DNA of 64,000 bases, from contig JAMDHS010000005.1 of assembly GCA_029717555.1 (NCBI GenBank), positions 310,001-374,000 of the forward strand, in the 5' to 3' direction. The notes beneath the pieces were generated by a model. It saw nothing but the letters and a program-made list of their open reading frames with translations, did no database searches and had not been told where the DNA came from. The stretch comes from Peribolospora baueri. Taxonomy: Eukaryota. Positions 12,907 through 23,919 of this stretch are shown here, one piece after another (position 1 is the first letter of the stretch; the number at the start of each line of letters is the position of its first letter). The translations under genes were made by a program, and so were the position numbers.

Positions 12907-15900
12907 ATGGCTCATACTGCAGGCCTACCGCACTCCGACGACTCTCCGGCACAACATTTTCTTCGTGCAACCGCTGGCTCGGACGAGGACGGAGGGCAGG
13001 GGGACCGAGACCAAGGCAGCGAAGTGGAACGCCGGGCGCGAGAAGAGAGCGACGAGGAGGTCGCGTACGCCTCCTCCCCCGGCTCCTCCTCTTCCCTCCA
13101 TTCCGCCCACCTTAGCATGCCCGGCTCCGCGCACGAGATGGCCCTAACCGGCTCGCCCCGCAGACGCCACTTCGGGGGGTCGGATGAGGACGAAGGCAGC
13201 GATGAGGACGACGACGATGTCGACGATGAGGAGGAGGAGCGGGAGCGGGAGTACGGCTCTGGCTCATCTTCCTCTGAAGCACTCTCTTGGAGCAGCGACC
13301 AGGACGAAGACGAAGACGAGGATGAAGAGGAAGGAGGAGACGAGGAAGAGATGATGGGCTTTCGACCATGGCGCAGGCAGGGCGCGGAGAGGCAAAGGAC
13401 GGTGCACGTTCGGGATCTGCGTGGACAGAGCGCGCTGGACAGCGATGGAGAGGAGGACGAAAGCGAGGAAGGAGACGGGTGGGGGAGATGGCGTACCGGC
13501 CACAGCGACAGTCGAAGAGGACCACATCCACACGGTACCGCAACACGGCGCTGGCCTTCCTCAGCCCCATCCCGCTCCGGCGCCATCTCTCCCGGCGGCC
13601 GCAAGGTCCATCAACTCTTCACCGCCGCCACCTCCGAGCCGTCCTCCCTGCCTCCCCTCTCCGTCGCCTCCGACATCGTCGCCACTTCTCTCCACCCATC
13701 TGCGCTCTTTCTTTTACCTTACGTGTTTGTCAGAACAGGTCTTCCCCTGGCTGTTGTCGCCACCGTCGTCGTGGGCGTGCTCAGTGCTGCTGGCTCAGTC
13801 GTCCTCGTCGCGCTGGGGAGGTATGTCGGGGGGAAGAGGTGAGTCGAGAATCTCACTAGATGTGATCCGACGCCATTCTTCGCTTGCCCGCAAAGAGATC
13901 CTCATTCTGCCCCTCATCCGTCCGCTCTTCGTCCTCCTTTCCCACTCCCTTCCCTCCCGCAACCCAAGCTCATTTGAATTCATTTTCGGCTCTTCCCTCG
14001 GCAAGCGTACGCTCTGGAAGTCTTTTTTCGGTCGCAAGTTGGCCAGCCTTTTGCTCGGAGTTTACGGCTTGGGCGTCGCGGCTAGTTGTATGGTCGGTGA
14101 GTGGGAGACTTGCGCAGGTGGCAGACAGAGCGCGAGGGCGTGCGAGCGAAGGAGGAGGCTGGTCGTCGAGGTACGGTGACTGATATTGGTATTGCGTCCT
14201 CCTTCTGCCGCGTTCTGTTACCTTCCTTGTCTTTTTGCCTTTAGCCCTCACACGCGTCCTTCAGCGTATCTTCTCTTATCACCTCCCCACCTCACGTTTC
14301 CTCACTTCCAGCACGCCTTTCTCTCTTTTCGTCATCGGAGCGTTCCTGGTGAGTGGTAGAGGTTCTGATGACGTCCTCTTTCCGTCATAGACTTTGTTCC
14401 CACGCTGACCTTCCACGCTCGTTCCGTCAGATTCTTCTCCCTTTCCTCCTCCCCATCTCGCGCGCTCGTCAGACCCGTCTCCTGACCCGTCTCTCCCTCG
14501 GCTCCATTTGCCTCCTCCTCCTCATCCTTGTTACCAAGCTCGCCACGCATGATCGCAACGCCAGCATTGTCGACCGGGGCTCAGACGACGGCGCGGTCGT
14601 TTCCTTCTCCGCCCAGCTCGCGCGCCCCGACGATCCGGGGTCCATCCAAGACCAAAGCTTAGCGCCTCCCCTCCTCCTCCTCCCACTCGCCCTTCTCTCC
14701 CTCTCCCCCCTCACGATCCACGCCCACGCCCGCTCCCTCCGCCGTCGTCCAGGTCCCACCCGATCCGGACGCAAAAGCAACATCCGCGTCTTCTCCTTTT
14801 GCGCAGGCGTCGCAGGCCTCATTAGGCTCGGCATCGCGCTTCTCGTGGCTTGTTTGGGCGCCGTCAAGCTCGGATGGGGGGAGGCGGAGTGGGAGGGCCA
14901 AGCGGGCCTCGGAATGGACGTAATTGCCGGTGGAGAGGCTTTTCCCGCTGTCTTCGACGCACTGCAGCGGCGACGCGGAGGCCACGTTCCGGTCGCGTCT
15001 CTGGCCCAAGACGCGGACGACACCAACTCGACGGCCATCTCCTCCCTGCACCCAGATCTTCTCGTCCGCCTCCCCACCGATGGTTGGTTCGACCTCGCCC
15101 GCGTCCTCTACGTCCTCCTTCTCGTCGCCCACGCCCTTTTGGCCCTCCGCGCTTCTAGGGCTTGTTTCGGCAGGTTTTTGGGCAGGCTCGCCAAGGTCAA
15201 GGCGGGTAGGCGGGGCGTGGGCCGGCGGGCCGGCCGGACGCGGACGGGGACGGGGACGGGGATGGGCGCGGTTCGGCCTGCGCGGGATGGGGGGATGCCC
15301 AGTCACGAGGGCCTCCGACGGTTGCGAGGCGAGGACGAAGACGACAACGTCTCCGTGGACGGGAGCGAGCGAGGCACCGTCGACGACGACGACGACCGCG
15401 AGGTCCGGCGAGGTGACGACCAGCGGCAAAGAGAAAGAGGCCGTCAGAGCCGAGGATACTTGGCGTGGTGCCTCTTCTCCTTCGACTACGACGTCCGTTT
15501 CCGACGCCCTTCCAGGCGGTACGTCCTCCGCATGGTCGGCAGCACGGCGCTTTGGCTCGTCGCCTGCGCCGCTTCCCTCGGCGCTGTGGGGCTCGTGGGG
15601 CTCGGTGGGAGTGGAGATGGAGGGAGAGAGGGTGGCAAGACGAGGAGGTATCTGCGTTGCCTGGAGACGGTGGGGGCCGGCGCATCGTTCGTTGGCTTTG
15701 TCCTGCCAGGTGAGCGTTCCAAGCGTTTGTTTGTTTGTTTTCGTTGGCCCCAGGCGTTTCCGCTCTCTCGCTCACCGATTCGATTTTTCCTTTCCCCGGA
15801 CGGTGACGCGACCTTCGCATCTCCCAGCGACCTGTTGGCTCATCCTCTTCCATTTCCGCCGCCCTTCCTCCATTGTTCTTCCCTCCTTCATCTTCCGACG

Positions 15901-16396
15901 CTCCTCCACCGCCAGCACGAGGACCTCTCGGCCTCTCGGTCGCACGAGCACGACGCGAGGCGAGGAGGGGGAAGAAGGAGAGCCGTTGCTTGGCGCGTCG
16001 GCTTCCTCGGATTCGCTCCCAGTCCTCGACTCGCCGAGCCGTGACGCCGGCGGGCAAGGGCCGGCGACGACGACGACGACCGCTACGGCCGGAAGGGCCG
16101 AGGGAAGTGACGACCTCTTCCCGCGCCGTCTCGCCGACGAGGATAGGGAGGAGGAAGGAGGGCGCTCAGATTCCGACGGGGACGGGGTCGCCGCCGAACG
16201 GGCCGACGAGGTCGGAGGAGCGGAAGACGACGGGTTGACGGTGGCACATCTGCTGGCGAGCAAAGAGCGGCAGCTCCAAAAGCGCAGGAGCGGAAAGCGG
16301 TGGTGGCAAGACGCGGTGGTGCTCGTCGGAATGCTCCCCGTCGGGAGCGTCCTATTTGTTAACGGCGTGGTGGAGCTGGTGAGGGGAGGATGGTGA
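12907..16396 (+). CDS. Divergent transmembrane amino-acid-transporter-like (AAAP/Aa_trans-type) protein with acidic disordered N-terminus; ~5 exons
   Basis: After an acidic N-terminus comes SALFLLPYVFVRTGLPLAVVATVVVGVLSAAG (AAAP-like LPY..G motif), multiple TM segments, GFVLPATCWLILFHFRRP and a terminal TM WWQDAVVLVGMLPVG. Introns at ~13840-13968, 14097-14244, 14349-14430 and 15710-15827. Confidence 0.72.
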
Positions 16397-16735
16397 GACG
16401 ACGAGTGGGAGGTTTCTGTTTCTTTGTTTTTTTCCCAGTCCATCCCTTGGAACTTTTCGTTTCGGTGCCAGACAGCGTGAGCGGACAGCACGGAGAGGGA
16501 CGAATTATCGAAGGCGCACGCGCAGGCCTCATGCAATATCATCTTTTCAGTGGTGACGATTAGAGCAGAACAGGAAGGGCGCTCCGAGAGGTGCGAAACA
16601 TGCGTACAAGAAGCGATACAAGGTGCCTGCCTCCGTGAAAGGGATGTGGTACAAGAGACTGGAGATGGGCGTGTACACGAAGAATGCTGTGACGAAACGG
16701 AGACGGGGAGCGATTGCAAAGTGGGAATTGACCTG

Positions 16736-19700
16736 CTATTCTGATTTCTGCTCCGCGACGACGCCGGGCGCGGCGAGCATTTGCCAGGAGTTGCGTTGAA
16801 AGGTACCGTCGCTCTCTTCATCGTCGCTGATGACCTCCAACAGATCACCGTCTCGCCGGAGACCGAGATAAACGGCACCGGCGCGATGCCTGGCTTTCTT
16901 ACCGCACTTCCTCCCCTTCCCGCTCCTGCCCGAGTAAGAATACTCGAAGATATACGGATGCAGGTCGAGCCACTCCATCGCCCGCTCCTTGAAGTGCGCC
17001 CACCGGCCGTCACGCTCCAAGAGCCTTTGCTGCCACTCGAATGCCGGCCTCTGCAGGATTGCGCTGTAGTCGTGATTCGTCCCGCCACCTGTGAACCTAG
17101 ATGAGGTGCCTGTGGTCTGATGCGAACCGTGCTGACGAGAAGAGTCGAGGGAATTGCTTTGCTTCGAAGCGTCGCTGTGCGGGAACCTAAATGATCCGAC
17201 ATGGTGTCCTTCAGGAGTGAGCAATTGAATGGGTTGCGACGGGCCGTCTCGAAAGACGAGCTCGTCCAGGTAGAAGTAGATGCAGTTGAGAAGTCCGTTG
17301 TTGAAAAAGCCGACTTTGCCTTCCTTCTTCCACAGTCCGCGCTCTTCGAGGTATTGCACAAGCTACAACACCAACAGCGCGGTAGAGATGTGGACTGAGC
17401 GAGACTAGCCATACGCTGCAGCGGCAGACAGGAGAACTCACAGCAAGACGAGAACAGGGGCGATAACAAATGCTCTGAGGATAGTGGGGCGAGAAAGACC
17501 GTTCGTGCTTGCGCATTTGAGAGATGGTCGACGCGTTCTTCCTCCACATGTCATCCCTGGAAAAGGCACCACAACCGGGAAGTTAGACCAGTCTTATCAA
17601 TCGATGAATTTGTCGAATGTTATCCATCTAGTGTCCAACTCACCAGAACAACCACCACCATTGGTGGACAGGACTCTTGTTCACGACCGCCATGCGTTCA
17701 TGCACCATCTGCAGCGCCCCCTCGTACCGCTTCGGTAGCTCGCGCAAAGCGTGACAACATGCGGCCTCAGAGAACACGACCTCGAGCTCCTTGGATGATA
17801 GAGAGCTGTTGTCGAAAATATCGGCAAGAAAGCCATATGACATGACGGCTCGCTTGTGCTCTGCTTCGCGCATGTAGTGTTCTCGATATCCTTGCATCAG
17901 CTGACGGATGATAGGAACACCCTCGTCGACTAGCTTCTCATTGTCACGCAGAAGATGGAGAAGCGGCGTGGTCATCTTGAAATCGTCGGTGATGCCGAGA
18001 GTCCCGGCCCGAACGGTCAAAGGTGCCGCATAGCCCACGCGACCATCTGGTAGCTGATACTGGCCGTCTTTGTACGTCAACGTCACATCGAACTGGCGCA
18101 AGACCGACAAGGGCACCGACAGATGAGAGAGGGTAAGCCTGTCACTCGTATGAACGAAATCTGGAAAAGTAGACTTACACCGCTGTTAAAATTGTACCCT
18201 TCTGCGTCGACATGCTCCATTCGATGGACCTTGAGCGTACCACAGCGGTAATAGACTGGAGCCTCCAAAGACGTGTACCTCTGGCTCCTGCCAAACATCC
18301 ACCATCGGCTAGGTCTGACTGCTCCCTTGGCAGCGGAATATGGACGGAGAATATCCTTGCCGTCTAGAGCACGGAGGGCATAGCGTACCATGCGCCGTCG
18401 CTTGATCTCCTCATGCTCGTTCTGCATGATGTACTCCTCCAGCTCAGCTAGCGTGGTCAGACAAATGGTCTTGACGTTCTGATCGTATCGAAAGACCTAC
18501 ATGCGTCAACACCGCGAGGAATGAAAACGTTTGCCCTAGTCAGTAAGAACAGTTCCGTGAACGATGAGAGCCGGGATCATGTCCACTCACCAGAGTAACG
18601 GGGAACGGCACAAGAAACGCCTTTCCAAACCAAGTGGTGACGCCTTCGCAGGTGGGACCTTCCCTAGGCCGCCAAAAGCAGTCAGGACCGGAATAGCGAG
18701 CCTGAATGATGTGCATGGCTATCCGAAGTCGCTCCTCGTGGCTTCGCTCTCGTTCCAGTGACTTTCTGTACTCGACGATGCCAATGTCGAGCACAACCTA
18801 ACAAGGACGTCCGAAGAAAGAGCGGTACTCAGTACCGGATCCAGGTTTTCCCATGCGATCTCCTCGACTCACCTTGAGGTTCTCAGCATGTCTTTCCGCC
18901 ACACTTCCTTGAAAATTGAGTAGGTAAGGTGGCCAGCCGTCATCGTGGCTCTGAGAGAAGTAGACCTTTTGGCTCTTGGGCATGCGGTAGACGGGCGATG
19001 CCAGCAGGATGGTGGACAACGTCTCCTCCCAGATCCGGCGCTTGATGTGCTTACGCAGATTCAGCTTGGGCGAGAAGATATCGACGGCTGACAGAGGACA
19101 AAAGCGGCCAATATGAGTATGAGGATTCGCCATCAACCAAGGCTCAAACACACATGCCTACACTCACAAAAATCGATCCGCTTCTGCGCGATCTTGATCC
19201 ATTTCTGGGAAAAGCCCATGGACACAAGCGAGAAGTATACGACCGATCCGTAGCTGAGCGCTTCGATGAGGTAATAGACGGCTGTATTGAAGACGTTGGC
19301 ACCCTTTACGGCGAGCGCGACCAGGAGACCAATGACCGACGTGGCCACGTATGCCATCCTAGACACAAGCTCGGAGCGGTTGGATATGGCGTCTACGAAG
19401 GCATGCATGCGCAAGTGGAGGACGAGCTGGACCGAAGTGAGGCCAATCAAGATGGAGGTCTGGGCAATGTTCATGGTCGTCGAAGACTGGTTACGGAAGA
19501 GGCAGTTGTTCGGAGTAAAAACGCTCATAACGAGCACGCTCGGTAGCTTGAAGGCGATCAGGTACAGTGCCTTGTACCCTCCCCACTGACGACGGTAATC
19601 TGTGGTTGGGCATTGGAAATGTCAGCCTGGCGCGGTGTGACCAACGGCAGACGGCCAAAGAGTAGCGCTCACCATTGTATAAGAAGTTGAGAGGGCTCTG

Positions 19701-22449
19701 ATCCCTGTCAAGGAGTTTGTAGTACTCGATCTCCATGTCGCTCTCTGACCTCTTCTCTCCCAGCTCCGTGTATCGACTGACGGTAGGCAATGTTTTCATC
19801 ACGGTCTTCCAAAGGCGCCAAGGGAACCAGAAAGAGTAGGCGCAGATGGTGATCACAGATAAAAAGAGGACCAGGTAGGCGAAGTTGAATTGATCCTTTC
19901 GCATCGTCGTCGTATAGCAGAAGTCGAGCGGATCGCGGTACTCGTCCGGAGGGCCGAGTGGTTTGAGCGCCGAAGGATTCACCGTACCATTGATGTACGG
20001 ATTGGCAACAGGCCAAAAATCTTCTTGCCATGTCTGCGAAGAGAAAGAGGGATATATGGGTCAACCATTGGGTGAGCTCCAGCGAGGTCCGAGGTCCGAA
20101 CTCACCAGAGCGTCCACTGCGATCTTCGTCAGCGGCATGTACAGCGTGGTAAGTACAAAGACGACCGCCACATTGATCGCCCTAGTCCCTCGCTTCCCCG
20201 TGGAGAAAATCCAGGGCTGACTGTCGAAACCTTCGACGTTTCTGTTGGGATTGTAGTCCCTCGTCATTAAGAAGAACAGCCAGAGGCCGGCATAGGTGAC
20301 CACTTGCCAGACCAGGAAGAAGAGAATGGCCTTTCCAAAGACGGAGACAAAGTCAAGGGCGAGGAAAGAGGGTATGTAGATGACGAGGATGCGGCGCCAG
20401 AGTGAATAGGTGTTAGGGTCCGTTGTGTTCGTCGAGGAGTGGAGTGTGGCGGCCATGAGTTGGAAGAAGTCACGCAAAACTTCGAGGCGGAAAAGAGTGA
20501 GCGACATGGAGGAACCCTGCACGCCATGACGGACGGAAGGTCAGTAAGTTTGGTCGCTCTCTCGAAACAAATCCATATGGCCAACAAGTCTATAATGAGC
20601 GAACAGCGCGAGATGACGCTTCGCTTACCTCGATACCAATGAGGATATCAATGATGCTCCCTCCGATGACCGAAGGATTGAACCAGCTGAAAGGCTGAGT
20701 CCCGGCGCCGGCGGTGTTGCTTTTGAATTCCCCCAGCGTGGTACCGGGAGGAATGAGCTGCAGCGGTGGGAATTTGTCCACCAGCTTCCGTCGCGCAGGG
20801 ATGAAGGCTGAATCCACAGCGGCTGGGGGAGAGGCTGCCTCCGGTCCGTTCCCCTCCTCGGCCTTCTCCGCTCGAAACTCCTCCCCATCGTCGAAGGTGG
20901 GCGTCCCTTTGGCACTTTCATTCGAAACTGACCGGCCCGGGCGCGCATGTTGAAGGATGGCGCTCCTGCGTCCAAAACACCACCATCCACTCTTCTCCGT
21001 GTCTTGAGACGTCCCTACGGCAAGTTTATAATCATTGATCTCCTCAAGCGTGCAAACATCCACGATGCCGGAGAATTGTGGTTCGGCGAAAAGCGCAGGG
21101 TCGGAAAGGTATGCATCGAGTTCGGCTAGATCGATCGGCGGTGCAGAAGCAGAGAACACGGAGGCAGCGGCGATGGGAGCTTCGTCGGCATGAGCCGGGA
21201 CGAGGATGGCCTGCGGAGATGGGACAGCAGGAAAAACCAGGGTCCTCTCGGATCCTAGGCCGCTGAGAGACAGGGGTAAATTACTCGAAGGTGGAAGACC
21301 CGTACCTGGAGAGTCGAGGAATGGATTTTGGATGTTGCCTTCGTCTTCATCAGCCGCGTATGCGCCCCGGGCGGGTGCTGCAGGGACGTTTCGAGATACG
21401 ACGGCACTAGAGGGGAGGCCATCTGGCAAGACATTGTCATCGCTAACCTCGTTGGACCCGTTCATCCGTGTGGTCTCCTGGACAGTTACATCACTGCAGA
21501 CAGCTTCTCCACCTTGCCTCGATTGCGCCGGCGTGTCTATGGAAGAGCGAATAAGAGTGTATCCAGGAGCAATTTCGGGTCGACGATCTCCCGGCTCGTT
21601 AAGTGTAGCAATTCGCGTAGGCTTGTGGACCGCTGGAGGCCGGAAAACAGATTGCGACCCCACTCCTGCCATCTCCACCGTCAAGGGATGAGGATTTGAT
21701 TTCCCCTCCAGACTTGACGGAGGAGGCGTCTTAGCGGCGACGAGCGAGTTCCGTTTGGAGTCTGACCAAACCGGGGATTGAGGTGTCGCATCGACCGCTT
21801 TCTCCATAGTCTCTCGCGAGGCGGCTAGGAAGGGATGCGGCAGAAAGGGGAGCTCGTCGGCTGAGCTGCTCCAGGGCAGTCCATCCAGCGCGCGTGCCCG
21901 CGGTGATGATGGCGCCGACGCCAAGATTGAAGCAGGAAGAGGAGGAGGGCGTTTCGCCGAAAAGCGGTCGAGTGGAGACGCAGTAGAAGGCGCTGAAGCC
22001 GGGGGTGATCGTACCAGTTTCGACGCTCCTCCAATCGAGGTGTCTGTTGTATGAGGCAATGCCGCCTGACGTCCCGTCCGAGGAGAAGTGGGCGTCCAAT
22101 TCATTCGTCCCACGTCGCATTGTACTACGGCTGTCTCCCGTTCATTGCCCCGACCTGGGAGAATGGCCAGCCTGGGCGATGACGAAGAGGCCAATCCGAG
22201 CTGAGCAGGTGCTACGGGCATAGAGCTCTTCCAAACTTTTCCAGCACTGCTTCCTGACGGTAGAGGTGACGTATCGTTCGGACGGGGCGACACAGACGGA
22301 GCCGAAAGGGGAGAAGTGGGTCCCAATCCAGGCGAGTCGGCCGTGGCTTCGTAACGCTCAATTAAGGCGCGAATCTTCGTGGACGGCCTGCGCCTCGGCA
22401 GTGAAGGCCCTTGAGGAGCCAAAGGGGCCATTGAAAGAGAGAAGACCAA
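16736..22449 (-). CDS. Large uncharacterised multi-pass membrane protein (long disordered N-terminus, TM block, large C-terminal domain); multi-exon
   Basis: A chain of same-strand ORFs is linked by GT-AG introns: KFPPLQLIP...IIDILIGIE|GSSMSLTLFRLEVLRDFFQL...TTLYMPLTKIAVDAL|...DFCYTTTMRKDQFNF...SPLNFLYN|DYRRQWGGYKALYL...KRIDF|SVDIFSPKLNL...HAENLK|...WWWLFW|DDMWRKN...FFNNGLLNCIYFYL. Confidence 0.85.
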
Positions 22450-22826
22450 TTAGGGGGGAAAGATGTATGGAAGTAGGGTGGGTGGTCGTTGGGTCGTCAA
22501 ATACGAGGTCACAAAGTCATGCTAGTTCGTGGTGAGTGCTTTGGGAATCGTAGTTGATGTCGTTAAGCGGAAGCGGTCGTCCGAGTCGTTAATAAGAACG
22601 TCGCCGATAATGCGTCGGCGTCGTCCTATCTCATGATAAAGTGTCGTTGAGGAAGAGTCGACGTTGAAGATGCCTGCGTCCAAGGCGGCAGCAGCACATC
22701 ATAAGCAAGTATCAAGCCCCGGTGTGCTAGGGGTGTGGTTGCCGCAGCACGCATCGCCATCGGGAAGTCGCCCGCTCGCGAACTCTTCCGCCTTCAAACT
22801 CCATCACCGACGACGTCTGTCCGACA

Positions 22827-23698
22827 ATGTCCCTCTGGCGCACGCTCAAGAATATTAAAGCTGGCGGTCTCCGCCAGTATGCCCACAACATGATGTATAT
22901 TGGCGATGCCAAGGTTGGCAAGCTCGTTGGCGAGGACAGGTGAGTTGCGTGCGAGCGCTCGGAGTTGATGTTGGCGGCTATCACCTGCTCAGCGGAATGG
23001 GGGCCGTCAGCGTTGCGCAAAGCTATGTGGGCGGATGGTAACGCTTGGATATCTGTTTGAGATTGGAGGCCTTGACGAGTTACCAACTAGCTGGAAGAGG
23101 AGCAATGCGACCGGTCATCCTGGTTGACCTCGGCGCCACTCGCCTTCTCACCTCTCTGACTTTGTTTCGTCACCCTAACTTATGAACCTCTCGCCTCCTA
23201 CTTTAGCAATGGCAACAAGTTCTATGAGAACCTTGAGGAAGTGCCTGGCCGTCACCGATGGGTCGACTATGCTCAGGTGACTATGCAAAGCCGCTCCTCC
23301 CTCTCCCTTCCCGTTGCTCCCACTCTTTCAAAGCTGACCCACTTCATTTGTCGATGTGATTCCGCGGCAGGACGACTTCAACGCCTCCCAAGTCGACCCG
23401 GCCTGGCACTCTTGGCTGCATCACATCCGGATGGATCCGCCGAACCAGGACGAGATCGTTAAGGCCAACACGCCGACCTGGATCGCAGTGAGTGATCGGG
23501 CTGACTTTGATAGCCTGTGTCGCCATCTTGCGCTCTGCGTTGACATGTCATGGCAACGTTTCTACGATGCTAAAATCTCTTCTCTTTTTGCAGCCTGCGA
23601 AGGAGAACTTGACCGGTACGCGAGGCGCTTTCAAGACCTACTCGACGACGGCCCCAAAGATCTACCCTTGGACGCCCAAGGTTGCTGAGCGGCACTGA
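22827..23698 (+). CDS. NDUFA12: NADH:ubiquinone oxidoreductase subunit NDUFA12 (B17.2); 4 exons
   Basis: Spliced MSLWRTLKNIKAGGLRQYAHNMMYIGDAKVGKLVGED|.NGNKFYEN..EVPGRHRWVDYAQ|DDFNASQVDPAWHSWLHH...|PAKENLTGTRGAFKTYSTTAPKIYPWTP, all canonical family motifs. Confidence 0.95.
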
Positions 23699-23919
23699 GC
23701 ATCTACGATGTTTTCTGACAAGGTTATATTTTAGATTCGTTGTCGGTGGAATAAGATAATACAGTCGACATCATTTGGGTCCAGGCAACCCTGGAACTAA
23801 AGGAGAGAAGGCTTCGCGGGGACTGAGCGCCTACGCGTCCTCGGTCCTAGTGGACATACCGGTGCCTGCTTTGTCCGCTTTCGGAGGAAGTCCACATAAA
23901 CGTCGCACATTTGAAAAGT

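Noticed and set aside
14360..14410. TGATGA...CTGA in a transporter intron as a C/D snoRNA
   Set aside because: The boxes are only ~40 nt apart, CTGA is the intron branch point, and there is no terminal stem.
15772..17547. 591-aa minus-strand ORF bridging two convergent genes
   Set aside because: It is an alternative frame of the membrane-protein last exon plus the antisense of the transporter's GC-rich last exon, with no independent coding signal.
22940..23206. Long first intron of NDUFA12 as a snoRNA host
   Set aside because: I could not identify convincing C/D or H/ACA boxes by eye. An Infernal/Rfam scan would be needed.
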